From the NCBI RefSeq assembly GCF_000011465.1, contig NC_005072.1, positions 210,001 through 242,000 of the forward strand: a stretch of 32,000 nt of DNA. Reading direction: 5' to 3'. This document shows, one piece after another, positions 1-9,106 of this stretch. The stretch comes from Prochlorococcus marinus subsp. pastoris str. CCMP1986. Lineage in GTDB: Bacteria > Cyanobacteriota > Cyanobacteriia > PCC-6307 > Cyanobiaceae. A model generated the notes under the pieces. That model was not told the origin of the DNA, ran no database searches, and saw nothing but the letters and a program-made list of their open reading frames with translations. Numbering within the stretch: position 1 is the first letter of the stretch; each line of letters opens with the position of its first letter. The position numbers and the translations under genes were made by a program.

Positions 1-145
1 AATGGTAAAGGCTGCTGCTATGAAAAATTGGATTAATGAAAAGGATATTGTTTTAGAAACATTGCTTAGTTTTAAAAGAGCAGGGGCAAAATTAATACTC
101 ACCTATCATGCTTGTGATGCATCAAAATGGTTGAATGAGAAGTAA
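1..145 (+). CDS. hemB: Porphobilinogen synthase (delta-aminolevulinate dehydratase), 3' end only; the 5' part lies outside the window
   Basis: The frame-2 ORF runs in from the left edge and stops at TAA 143-145. Its tail, VKAAAMKNWINEKDIVLETLLSFKRAGAKLILTYHACDASKWLNEK, matches the conserved HemB C-terminus pattern (..E.L.S.KRAGA..I.TY.A.D...). Confidence 0.8.
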   Translation, partial: MVKAAAMKNWINEKDIVLETLLSFKRAGAKLILTYHACDASKWLNEK

Positions 146-200
146 AAACTCATTAAAGTTAAAAAATTTGTTTATTCTTATATAAATATTATTAATTATT

Positions 201-593
201 TTGCTTTTAAAAAGTTCAAAAGGTGTCCAAAGAATCGGACATATTGCACTTAGAGTAGAAAATCTAGATAGAGCTAAGTCTTTTTATTTGAATTTAGGTA
301 TGCAATTAATTTGGGATGATAAAGATTGGTGCTATCTGGAGGCTGGTAAAGGGAAAGATGGACTTGCTTTATTGGGGACTAGTTATAAAGCAGCTGGTCC
401 ACATTTTGCTTTTCATTTCGAAGATAAAAAGGAAGTGGAAAATATTTATTCAGATTTAAAAAAATCTGGAGTGAAAGTTGCACCTATTCATGAACATCGA
501 GATGGAACGGCTTCTTTTTATATGCAAGATACAGAAGGTAACTGGCTTGAAATGCTTTATGTTCCTGCCGGTGGGATTAAATCAAATATTTGA
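201..593 (+). CDS. VOC-family (glyoxalase / bleomycin-resistance / dioxygenase fold) protein
   Basis: 130-aa ORF with a TTG start. The N-terminal IGHIALRVENLDRAKSFYLNLGM and the later HFAFH..D.......L...G are typical of the VOC beta-alpha-beta-beta-beta module. Substrate unknown. Confidence 0.7.
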   Translation: MLLKSSKGVQRIGHIALRVENLDRAKSFYLNLGMQLIWDDKDWCYLEAGKGKDGLALLGTSYKAAGPHFAFHFEDKKEVENIYSDLKKSGVKVAPIHEHRDGTASFYMQDTEGNWLEMLYVPAGGIKSNI

Positions 594-606
594 TTATTTC
601 GATTGA

Positions 607-3018
607 ATGATAGAGAAAAGTCATTATAAAAATTCATCCGCTCATAGATCACTTTCAGAAGAATCTATAAGTCTTTTAGAATGGGATAATTTAAAAATTC
701 AGCTCTCCTCTTTTGCTTCTACAAAAATGGGAGAAAATGCAATATTAGAGTCTGAGATTCCTACTGAATATGAAATTTCCAGAAGATTATTGCAAGAAAC
801 TATCGAAATAAATGAGTTAGAAAAGACCTTAGATAAATCTATTAGTTTTTCAGGTGTATTTGATATAAGTAAAAATATTGAGATTTGTTCAAAAGGAGGG
901 GTTATTAATTCTTCTGAATTATTAGAAATAGCAGAAACAATATCTGCGGCAAAAGATTTAAAAAAAATACTCTTAGATTTTGAGGCAAGACCTTTTATTT
1001 CTTCTTTTTTAAATCGTTTAATTGATCATAATCAAATTGAAAAAATTCTAAAAAATGGTATTGAATCAAATGGTAGAATTTCCGATCGAGCTAGTCAGAA
1101 ATTAGCTAATCTTAGACAAGATTTATTATCTAAGAAATCAGAAAGAAGGATATTAGTAGATAAATTTATTCAAAAAAATATTAATTATATTCAAGATACT
1201 ATTATTGGTGATAGATATGGGAGACCTGTTGTAGCTATAAAAGTACAATTTGGTGAGAAATTCAAAGGTATAATTCATGATTCTTCTGCATCAGGAAATA
1301 CCATATATTTGGAGCCAGAATCTATTGTATTTAAGGGTAATAAAATTGCTTCAATGGAAGCCAGAGTAGCAGGAGAAGAATTTAAATTATTAAAAGAATG
1401 GTCACAAATTGTTAGTGATAATGATAAAAGCCTTATTGAAATGTCAGATATTCTATTGAGAACTGAGCATGCTCTTATACGTTCAAGATATTCAAATTGG
1501 ATTGGAGGTAATGCTCCAATTGTTGAGAATAATCCAATAGTTAATTTAATAGGTTTTTCGCATCCTCTTTTGATTTGGGAAAATAAAAAAAAAGAAGCTC
1601 CCAAACCAGTATCTATAGATTTTCATATAAATAGAAATACTAAGGTAGTAGCCATAACGGGTCCTAATACTGGAGGCAAAACTGTTGCTTTAAAAGGTCT
1701 TGGAATAGCATTATTAATGGCTAGATCGGGATTATTTATTCCATCAATAAAAAATCCAATTATCCCTTTTTGTCCAAATATATTTGTGGATATTGGTGAT
1801 GATCAATCCTTGGAGGGAAATCTATCTACTTTCAGTGGGCATATTTTGCGTATTAGAAATATTCTGGAATCTCTTAATAATAAAAAGGGGCTATCAGTTG
1901 TTTTATTAGATGAAATAGGATCTGGGACTGATCCCTCTGAAGGTACCGCTCTTGCAATCGCATTACTAAAAGAATTCGCAACCCTATCTGATATAACTCT
2001 AGCCACAACTCATTATGGTGATATAAAAGCTTTAAAATATAGTGACGATAGATTCGAAAATGTTTCAGTTGCTTTTGACGAAGAATCTTTCAAGCCAAGG
2101 TATACTTTGAACTGGGGAATACCTGGAAGAAGTAATGCCTTATCAATTTCAAGGAGAATTGGGATTGATGAAAAAATACTCAATGAAGCTGCTAATTATT
2201 TAAAACCGAAAGAAGTTGAAAATATAAATAGTATTATTAAAGGGCTAGAAGATGAGAGGATAAAGCAACAAAATTCGGCAGAAGAGGCTGCTGAACTTAT
2301 AGCTAGAACAGAAATATTGCATGATGAAATAAAGAGTAATTATGAATTTCAAAAAAATAATGCTGAAAAAATACAGGAAAGTGAAAAACAAAAATTATCA
2401 AAATACATAAGAGCAGCTAAAAAAGAGGTTATTAATTTGATTAAGAAATTAAAAGACCAAAATGCAAATGGAGAAGATTCTAGATTAATTGGAATTAGGC
2501 TTAAAGAGATTGAGAAGGAACATTTAACTCAAACAAATATCAATAAAGAAATTTCTTGGAGCCCTAAAATAGGAGATTTTATAAAAATTAAAAGTTTAAA
2601 TAGTACTGGTCAAATAATTGATATAGATCGAAAAGCAAGATCTTTCGAGGTTAAATGTGGATCATTTAGAAGTACATTATTAATTAACGAATTTGAAGGT
2701 CTTAATGGGGAAAAACCCAATTTCAAAAATTCTAAAATTCAAATAAATTCTGTAAGAGAAGATTTTTCTTTTTCTAAAATTAGAACAAATAAAAATACCA
2801 TAGACGTTAGGGGTATGAGAGTCCATGAAGCAGAAATAATAATTGAGGAAAAAATTAGAAAGTTTCATGGACCACTTTGGATAGTTCATGGAATTGGAAC
2901 TGGAAAATTAAAAAAAGGATTACTTATCTGGCTATCTAGTTTGCATTATGTCGATAAAGTTGAAGATGCAGCAACTAATGAAGGAGGATCTGGTTGCAGT
3001 ATTGCGTGGATAAAATAA
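607..3018 (+). CDS. mutS2: Endonuclease MutS2 (MutS ATPase domain plus C-terminal Smr domain)
   Basis: 803 aa. It has the Walker A GPNTGGKT, the MutS motif LLDEIGSGTDPSEG and THY, a long coiled-coil linker, and a C-terminal Smr-like segment (IDVRGMRVHEAE...HGIGTGKLK). Confidence 0.9.
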   Translation: MIEKSHYKNSSAHRSLSEESISLLEWDNLKIQLSSFASTKMGENAILESEIPTEYEISRRLLQETIEINELEKTLDKSISFSGVFDISKNIEICSKGGVINSSELLEIAETISAAKDLKKILLDFEARPFISSFLNRLIDHNQIEKILKNGIESNGRISDRASQKLANLRQDLLSKKSERRILVDKFIQKNINYIQDTIIGDRYGRPVVAIKVQFGEKFKGIIHDSSASGNTIYLEPESIVFKGNKIASMEARVAGEEFKLLKEWSQIVSDNDKSLIEMSDILLRTEHALIRSRYSNWIGGNAPIVENNPIVNLIGFSHPLLIWENKKKEAPKPVSIDFHINRNTKVVAITGPNTGGKTVALKGLGIALLMARSGLFIPSIKNPIIPFCPNIFVDIGDDQSLEGNLSTFSGHILRIRNILESLNNKKGLSVVLLDEIGSGTDPSEGTALAIALLKEFATLSDITLATTHYGDIKALKYSDDRFENVSVAFDEESFKPRYTLNWGIPGRSNALSISRRIGIDEKILNEAANYLKPKEVENINSIIKGLEDERIKQQNSAEEAAELIARTEILHDEIKSNYEFQKNNAEKIQESEKQKLSKYIRAAKKEVINLIKKLKDQNANGEDSRLIGIRLKEIEKEHLTQTNINKEISWSPKIGDFIKIKSLNSTGQIIDIDRKARSFEVKCGSFRSTLLINEFEGLNGEKPNFKNSKIQINSVREDFSFSKIRTNKNTIDVRGMRVHEAEIIIEEKIRKFHGPLWIVHGIGTGKLKKGLLIWLSSLHYVDKVEDAATNEGGSGCSIAWIK

Positions 3019-3061
3019 AATCTATAAGTATCTATAAAAAAATCATTCAAAAAACTTTTAA

Positions 3062-4045
3062 GTGCAATTTATTGATCAAGCAAACATTATTCTCAAAGCT
3101 GGTAAAGGCGGCAATGGAATAGTTTCATTTAGAAGAGAAAAATTTGTTCCGGCCGGTGGCCCTTCAGGAGGTAATGGAGGTAAGGGTGGTTCAATAATCA
3201 TTATCGCTGATAATAATCTTCAAACACTTTTAGATTTTAAATTTAATAGAGAAATATTTGCTAAAGATGGTTTCAAGGGAGGTCCAAACAAAAGATCTGG
3301 AGCTTCAGGAGAGAATACAATCCTAAAAGTTCCTTGTGGAACAGAAATTAGAGATTTTAATACTGGTATTATCCTGGGTGATTTAACTGAGGATAAGCAA
3401 AGTTTAACTATTGCTCATGGAGGGAGAGGCGGACATGGAAATGCTTATTATTTAAGTAATCAAAATAGAGCTCCGGAATCTTTCACTGAGGGAAAAGAAG
3501 GAGAGATATGGGAGGTGCAATTAGAATTAAAACTTCTTGCTGAAGTGGGTATTATAGGTCTTCCTAATGCTGGGAAGAGTACTTTAATTTCTGTTTTATC
3601 ATCAGCAAGACCAAAAATCGCAAACTACCCTTTTACAACTTTGATCCCTAATTTAGGTGTAGTAAGAAAAGCTGATGGGAATGGGTGCCTTTTTGCGGAT
3701 ATTCCTGGTTTAATATCTGGAGCTGCTGAAGGAGTAGGATTGGGACATGATTTTTTAAGACATATTCAAAGAACTAAAATACTTATTCATTTGATTGATT
3801 CAATTGCTGAAAATCCTATTCGTGATTTCGAGATAATTGAGAAAGAATTAAAACGATATGGAAGTGGTCTTTTAAATAAAGAAAGAATAGTTGTACTTAA
3901 TAAGATGGAACTTGTAGATGAAAATTATTTGCAAACAATTACAAAAAAGTTAGAAAATTTATCTAAGAAAAAAGTTTTAGTTATTTCTTCATCTTTACGA
4001 AAAGGTTTATCTCCACTACTTTCTGAGGTTTGGAAGAGAATTTAA
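3062..4045 (+). CDS. obg: GTPase Obg/CgtA
   Basis: GTG start. It has the Gly-rich Obg fold ([17 protein letters not shown]) followed by the G-domain motifs [15 protein letters not shown] and NKMEL. Confidence 0.92.
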   Translation: MQFIDQANIILKAGKGGNGIVSFRREKFVPAGGPSGGNGGKGGSIIIIADNNLQTLLDFKFNREIFAKDGFKGGPNKRSGASGENTILKVPCGTEIRDFNTGIILGDLTEDKQSLTIAHGGRGGHGNAYYLSNQNRAPESFTEGKEGEIWEVQLELKLLAEVGIIGLPNAGKSTLISVLSSARPKIANYPFTTLIPNLGVVRKADGNGCLFADIPGLISGAAEGVGLGHDFLRHIQRTKILIHLIDSIAENPIRDFEIIEKELKRYGSGLLNKERIVVLNKMELVDENYLQTITKKLENLSKKKVLVISSSLRKGLSPLLSEVWKRI

Positions 4046-4132
4046 TTTTTTGGAAATATTATTTTATTAATCAAATTACTTGATTTAATTTAGGAAATTA
4101 GCCATAAATTAGATATTGCCTTTAATAAACTT

Positions 4133-4315
4133 ATGAATTTTTATAGTTGCTTTGATCAACAAGGACAAATAATCGCCAGGTGCCAGACTATCCAAGATAT
4201 TCAAGTTTTAAAGAAAATGGGAAGACCGATAGTAGAAGTAAAAGAAATGAAGAATGAAGAATCTGTTGTCTGTTCATTAACTGGAAGTCCATCTGATTTC
4301 AACATGGATTATTAA
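4133..4315 (+). CDS. Hypothetical small protein (60 aa)
   Basis: It is the only ORF in the 270-nt interval after obg and is followed by the microsatellite and a strong terminator. I recognise no motif. Coding status rests on position only. Confidence 0.4.
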   Translation: MNFYSCFDQQGQIIARCQTIQDIQVLKKMGRPIVEVKEMKNEESVVCSLTGSPSDFNMDY

Positions 4316-4379
4316 TAAAAAAATAAAAAATAAAAAATAAAAAATAAAAAATAAAAAATAAAAAATAAAAAATAAAAAA
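4316..4379. repeat. Heptanucleotide microsatellite: (TAAAAAA) x8 perfect (4324-4379) plus one 8-nt variant (4316-4323)
   Basis: Read directly. T residues occur at 4316, 4324, 4331, 4338, 4345, 4352, 4359, 4366 and 4373, each followed by an A run. The repeat begins immediately after the TAA stop at 4313-4315. Confidence 0.95.
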
Positions 4380-4383
4380 GGAA

Positions 4384-4412
4384 AGGGGCTAATAAAGCCC
4401 CTATTATTTTTT
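4384..4412. terminator. Bidirectional intrinsic terminator between convergent ORF 4133-4315 (+) and cp12 (-)
   Basis: The stem AGGGGCT (4384-4390) pairs with AGCCCCT (4396-4402) around the loop AATAA. On the plus strand it is followed by ATTATTTTTT. On the minus strand it is followed by the T-rich complement of the heptamer repeat. Confidence 0.78.
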
Positions 4413-4431
4413 ACATTTTTAAAATTAAAAA

Positions 4432-4656
4432 TTAATCGTCATAAACTAAACATTCAGGTTCGTCTGGATTTGCATCGCAGAATAACTCTAATGCATTCGG
4501 ATCATGCTTATCTTCAGGATGATGATCCTTATATCCTTCGAGATCTTTTAATTCTTCAGTTAAATGTCTGACCTTTGGAAGATTTCCCTCTTCTTTTGCA
4601 GAGGCGATTTCCGATTGATCTTTTTGAATGTGTTCGTCAATGGATTTCTTTTTCAG
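4432..4656 (-). CDS. cp12: CP12 (Calvin-cycle GAPDH/PRK regulatory protein). The start codon is unresolved: the open frame runs 4432-4665 and 4656 is a CTG.
   Basis: Not in the ORF track. The minus-strand frame reads YEQLKKKSIDEHIQKDQSEIASAKEEGNLPKVRHLTEELKDLEGYKDHHPEDKHDPNALELFCDANPDEPECLVYDD, then stop (TAA = 4434-4432). The C-terminal C-x8-C...YDD is the CP12 hallmark. The frame has no in-frame ATG/GTG/TTG. Confidence 0.78.
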   Translation of the reverse strand: MKKKSIDEHIQKDQSEIASAKEEGNLPKVRHLTEELKDLEGYKDHHPEDKHDPNALELFCDANPDEPECLVYDD

Positions 4657-4781
4657 TTGTTCATACTAAAGTAGATATCTATAACATAGTTAATTTGAAT
4701 TGATTTTGCATCATGTACTTTTAAAGTTCGTGTTCATTACAACATGAAATATGTAAATCAATAATTATTTTAAAAAAAAAT

Positions 4782-5729
4782 CTACTTTGGAAGTGATTGC
4801 ATTATTTCCTTTAAAGAAGGAAGAACTGGGATGATTTGATTAGGATTTAAAGGGAATAATGCTTTGTAATAATCTTTTTTCCATTCAGAGTCAAAACATG
4901 TTTCAGAAACCTTAGTTAATTTAAAAAACCTTAATCTCCATTTAATAATATTTCTAAAATCTGAAATTTCTTTTTCAGTACATTTAAAAAGTTGCCTATA
5001 TATTAATTCCCAACGAATAATTGTTGGAAATAAATAGATATCTGCATAAGTTAAATCTTCTCCACAAATCCAATTACCTACATTCTTATCAAATTTTTTT
5101 TCTATTATAGTTAAAGCCTCAAAAAGGTTCTTACTTGCTTTTTCATAAGAGATCTGATTTCTGGCAAATCCGCATTTATAAACACCATTGTTAATGTCAG
5201 AATGAATTATTTCTAGTAAATCTTGATCGCATTTTCTTATTTGAAGTGTTTTTTGAGAGGAGTCTACTTTTATTGAGTTCAGAAACTTTACTATTTCAGA
5301 ACTTTCATTAGATAAGATATTAATCTGATCATTTTGAAAATTAAATAGTAATGGTAATGTCGCCCTAAAAAGATTATGCTTTTGGGCTTTTTTATAAAAT
5401 TGATGAAGAGTCTCGCATTCCTCAAACTTTTTTTTAAAAATCCATTGACCACTATTAATATCTGCTTCTAAAAAAATAACTTTGACTTTCTTTGATAAGT
5501 TTTTCAGCTTGTAAATGAGTAAAGTTCTATGACACCACGGACAAGAATTCCCTACTAATAAGTAAGAATTTTCATTCTTGACTTTAAATTCATAATTTTT
5601 ATTTATTAGTATCCCTCTCGGCCTTCTATAATTTCCTTGTAAATCTGAAGGTGCGAAACCATTCATTAATTTTGTCCAAAACCAAAACCAGAATTTTTTC
5701 GAAAAGTTAATGAGGTATTTATTTTGCAT
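4782..5729 (-). CDS. Xi-class glutathione S-transferase / glutathionyl-hydroquinone reductase-like protein (ECM4/YqjG family)
   Basis: 315 aa. The CPWCHRT motif matches the Xi-class CPWAHR active-site signature and is preceded by YRRP.G. A GST C-terminal-like helical half is present. Confidence 0.72.
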   Translation of the reverse strand: MQNKYLINFSKKFWFWFWTKLMNGFAPSDLQGNYRRPRGILINKNYEFKVKNENSYLLVGNSCPWCHRTLLIYKLKNLSKKVKVIFLEADINSGQWIFKKKFEECETLHQFYKKAQKHNLFRATLPLLFNFQNDQINILSNESSEIVKFLNSIKVDSSQKTLQIRKCDQDLLEIIHSDINNGVYKCGFARNQISYEKASKNLFEALTIIEKKFDKNVGNWICGEDLTYADIYLFPTIIRWELIYRQLFKCTEKEISDFRNIIKWRLRFFKLTKVSETCFDSEWKKDYYKALFPLNPNQIIPVLPSLKEIMQSLPK

Positions 5730-5753
5730 AAACTTAGAATTTTAATTTTTTAA

Positions 5754-6641
5754 ATGACCTTGAAAAAAATACTAATTGTTTCTGGTACTCATGGAAATGA
5801 AATTAATCCAGTATGGGCAATCAATCAATTTAATAAGCAGTTTAAAACTATTGATAAAAATATTGAATATAAATTCGTCATAGGAAACCCTCTTGCTTAT
5901 GAAAGAGGTTGTAGATATATAGATAATGACTTAAATAGATCTTTTACTTCAATTCAAGATAATAGTATTTATGAAACTAATAGGGCAAATTTTTTAGTTG
6001 AAAAGTTTGGATTCAATGGTTCAGAGCCTTGTGATGTTGCTATTGACTTACACACTACAACGGCAAATATGGGAACAAGTATTGTTATGTATGGAAGAAG
6101 AATGAAAGATTTTTGTTTAGCAGCTTTACTTCAGCATAAATTTGGTTTACCAATTTATTTGCATGAAAAAGATCTTAAACAAACTGGATTTCTTGTAGAA
6201 GCATGGCCATGTGGATTAGTCCTTGAAATAGGATCTGTTGCTCAAAATTTTTATGACCCAAAAATTATAAATAGATTTCTAATAATTATTAGTTCTTTGA
6301 GAGATGAAATAAACAAGTTAAAAAATAATCAAATAAGACTTCCGAAAGACTTATTTGTCCATGTTCATCAAGGAAGTATTGATTATCCCAGAGATAAAAA
6401 TGGAAATATTAATGCTTTAATTCATCCTGAGAGAATCAATCAAGATTGGAAGCCAATAAAAAAGGACGCTCCATTGTTTATGGATATGGAGGGTAAAACT
6501 AAAACTTACGCAGATGAAGATACTATTTGGCCTGTCTTTATTGGTGAGGTCGCCTACAAAGAAAAGAATATTGCAATGAGTTTTACAAAAAAAGAAGTAG
6601 TAAGTGTATCAGATCAAATGTATGAGGAATTTTTTAGTTAG
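5754..6641 (+). CDS. Aspartoacylase-like zinc hydrolase (AstE/AspA succinylglutamate desuccinylase/aspartoacylase family)
   Basis: 295 aa. It has the N-terminal GTHGNE and a later DLHTTTANMG, which are Zn-ligand motifs of the family. The length is typical for it. Confidence 0.75.
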   Translation: MTLKKILIVSGTHGNEINPVWAINQFNKQFKTIDKNIEYKFVIGNPLAYERGCRYIDNDLNRSFTSIQDNSIYETNRANFLVEKFGFNGSEPCDVAIDLHTTTANMGTSIVMYGRRMKDFCLAALLQHKFGLPIYLHEKDLKQTGFLVEAWPCGLVLEIGSVAQNFYDPKIINRFLIIISSLRDEINKLKNNQIRLPKDLFVHVHQGSIDYPRDKNGNINALIHPERINQDWKPIKKDAPLFMDMEGKTKTYADEDTIWPVFIGEVAYKEKNIAMSFTKKEVVSVSDQMYEEFFS

Positions 6642-6806
6642 GTTTTATAAATTCGATAATCCCCCCTTTTTACATAAGAATAATTTATCTAAGGTATAAG
6701 ATTCTTTTTCACATTATTGATGATTTTGGACTATATTTATCAAAGCGAAAATTATTTTTTTCGTTTTTAATTACACGTCTCGATTAGAGACATACTTTAC
6801 GAACTC

Positions 6807-7889
6807 ATGACAACTATTCAGCAGCAGCGTACTTCGCTGTTAAAAGGCTGGCCACAGTTTTGTGAGTGGGTAACATCAACTAACAATAGAATTTATGTTG
6901 GTTGGTTCGGCGTCTTAATGATTCCATGCCTACTTGCAGCAGCGGCTTGTTTCATCGTTGCTTTCATCGCAGCACCTCCAGTAGACATTGACGGAATTAG
7001 AGAACCAGTTGCTGGTTCATTCCTATACGGAAACAACATCATCTCAGGTGCAGTTGTTCCTTCTTCAAATGCTATTGGTCTACACTTCTACCCAATTTGG
7101 GAAGCAGCTACTGTAGATGAGTGGTTATACAACGGTGGTCCTTACCAGCTAGTAATATTCCACTTCCTTATTGGTATCTCAGCATACATGGGACGTCAGT
7201 GGGAGCTTTCATACCGTTTAGGTATGCGTCCTTGGATCTGTGTTGCATACTCTGCACCAGTTTCAGCAGCTTTCGCAGTATTCCTTGTATATCCATTCGG
7301 TCAAGGTTCATTCTCTGACGGAATGCCTTTAGGTATCTCTGGAACATTCAACTTCATGTTTGTTTTCCAGGCAGAGCACAACATTCTTATGCACCCATTC
7401 CACATGGCTGGTGTTGCAGGTATGTTCGGAGGATCTTTATTCTCAGCAATGCATGGTTCACTTGTTACTTCATCTCTAATCAGAGAAACAACTGAGACAG
7501 AATCTCAGAACTATGGTTACAAGTTCGGACAAGAAGAAGAAACATATAACATCGTTGCAGCTCATGGCTACTTCGGTCGTTTGATCTTCCAATATGCTTC
7601 ATTCAACAACAGCAGAAGTCTTCACTTCTTCCTAGCTGTATTCCCAGTTGTATGTGTTTGGTTAACTTCAATGGGAATCTGCACAATGGCATTCAACCTT
7701 AACGGTTTCAACTTCAACCAGTCAGTTGTAGATGCAAACGGTAAGATTGTTCCTACATGGGGTGACGTTCTTAACAGAGCTAACCTAGGTATGGAAGTAA
7801 TGCACGAGCGTAACGCTCACAACTTCCCACTTGATCTAGCAGCAGCTGAGTCTACAACAGTAGCTCTTACAGCTCCAGCTATCGGTTAA
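6807..7889 (+). CDS. psbA: Photosystem II reaction-centre protein D1
   Basis: 360 aa, an unmistakable D1 sequence ([35 protein letters not shown] plus a C-terminal extension). G+C is visibly higher than in neighbouring genes. Confidence 0.98.
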   Translation: MTTIQQQRTSLLKGWPQFCEWVTSTNNRIYVGWFGVLMIPCLLAAAACFIVAFIAAPPVDIDGIREPVAGSFLYGNNIISGAVVPSSNAIGLHFYPIWEAATVDEWLYNGGPYQLVIFHFLIGISAYMGRQWELSYRLGMRPWICVAYSAPVSAAFAVFLVYPFGQGSFSDGMPLGISGTFNFMFVFQAEHNILMHPFHMAGVAGMFGGSLFSAMHGSLVTSSLIRETTETESQNYGYKFGQEEETYNIVAAHGYFGRLIFQYASFNNSRSLHFFLAVFPVVCVWLTSMGICTMAFNLNGFNFNQSVVDANGKIVPTWGDVLNRANLGMEVMHERNAHNFPLDLAAAESTTVALTAPAIG

Positions 7890-7907
7890 GCTTAAAATTC
7901 TAAATTT

Positions 7908-7940
7908 AAAGCCTCCTTTTATAAGGGGGCTTTTTTTTTA
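7908..7940 (+). terminator. Intrinsic terminator of psbA
   Basis: GCCTCC (7911-7916) pairs with GGGGGC (7925-7930, one G-U pair) across the loop TTTTATAA. A T9 run follows. It lies 19 nt after the psbA stop. Confidence 0.75.
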
Positions 7941-8001
7941 TGTTTAATTCTCAATTGAGTTCTTATAATAGTTAATAGAACTTTAATAATTTGATATTTC
8001 A

Positions 8002-9096
8002 ATGGGTAGCAGTTTTGGTAAAAATTTTCGTGTAACTACTTTTGGAGAATCTCATGGAGGGGCTGTTGGGGTTATTCTTGATGGATGTCCTCCAAAGTTA
8101 AAAATAAATATTGATCTCATACAAAATGAACTAGATAGGCGAAGACCTGGTCAGAGCAAAATTACAACTCCAAGAAACGAAGATGATAAATTAGAGATAT
8201 TAAGTGGTTTAAAAGAAGGAATAACACTTGGAACCCCTATTGCAATGATGGTTCGCAATAAAGATCAAAGACCAGGAGATTATAGTAATTTAGAGCAAGT
8301 ATTCAGGCCATCTCACGCAGATGGCACATATCATTTGAAGTATGGAATTCAGGCTGGTTCAGGAGGAGGGAGAGCCTCAGCTAGAGAAACAATAGGAAGA
8401 GTTGCTGCAGGTGCTATCGCAAAACAACTATTAAAAAACTTGTTTAATACTGAAATTCTTTCTTGGGTAAAACGTATACATGATATTGACTCTCAAGTAA
8501 ATAAAAATAAACTTACTCTAAGTAAAATAGATTCAAATATTGTTAGATGTCCAGATGATAAGGTGGCTGCAAAAATGATTAAAAGAATAAAAGAATTGCA
8601 GCAAGATGGTGATTCTTGTGGAGGTGTTATTGAATGTTTAGTGAAAAATGTTCCATCAGGATTAGGTATGCCTGTCTTTGATAAATTGGAAGCTGATCTT
8701 GCTAAGGCTTTGATGTCATTACCTGCTACTAAGGGGTTTGAAATAGGTTCTGGTTTCTTGGGAACTTATTTAAGAGGAAGTGAACATAATGATTCGTTTA
8801 TTGAGTCTGATGATATTAGCAAGCTTAAAACAATATCAAATAATTCAGGAGGCATACAGGGAGGAATAAGTAATGGAGAGAATATTGAGATGAAAATAGC
8901 TTTTAAACCAACAGCAACTATTGGAAAAGAGCAGAAAACTGTTAATGCTGATGGGAAAGAAGTACTAATGAAGGCTAAAGGCCGACATGATCCTTGTGTT
9001 TTACCAAGAGCAGTTCCAATGGTTGATTCGATGGTAGCTCTCGTACTTGCAGACCATTTGCTTCTCCATCAAGCACAATGTTCAATTATTAAATAG
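8002..9096 (+). CDS. aroC: Chorismate synthase
   Basis: 364 aa. Family signatures present: [30 protein letters not shown]. Confidence 0.95.
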   Translation: MGSSFGKNFRVTTFGESHGGAVGVILDGCPPKLKINIDLIQNELDRRRPGQSKITTPRNEDDKLEILSGLKEGITLGTPIAMMVRNKDQRPGDYSNLEQVFRPSHADGTYHLKYGIQAGSGGGRASARETIGRVAAGAIAKQLLKNLFNTEILSWVKRIHDIDSQVNKNKLTLSKIDSNIVRCPDDKVAAKMIKRIKELQQDGDSCGGVIECLVKNVPSGLGMPVFDKLEADLAKALMSLPATKGFEIGSGFLGTYLRGSEHNDSFIESDDISKLKTISNNSGGIQGGISNGENIEMKIAFKPTATIGKEQKTVNADGKEVLMKAKGRHDPCVLPRAVPMVDSMVALVLADHLLLHQAQCSIIK

Positions 9097-9106
9097 GAAT
9101 AATTAT

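Noticed and set aside
1275-2889. Three minus-strand ORFs (1275-1604, 1803-2006, 2680-2889) inside mutS2
   Set aside because: They lie entirely antisense to a well-supported 803-aa gene and have low-complexity, motif-free translations. They are typical shadow ORFs.
4316-4379. The A-rich tandem array as a CRISPR-like or satellite element
   Set aside because: The unit is only 7 nt with no spacers. It is a simple microsatellite and is reported as such.
6669-6700. psbA promoter and HLR1-like element (TTTACATA ... TTTATCTA, with TATAAG nearby)
   Set aside because: The two half-sites start 15 nt apart rather than the 10 nt of HLR1. The spacing from the TTTACA -35 to the TATAAG -10 would be 20 nt. 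I cannot place the promoter confidently from sequence alone.
7121-7318. 65-aa plus-strand ORF in an alternative frame of psbA
   Set aside because: It is embedded in the most conserved gene of the window. The open alternative frame is explained by the biased, GC-richer codon usage of psbA.
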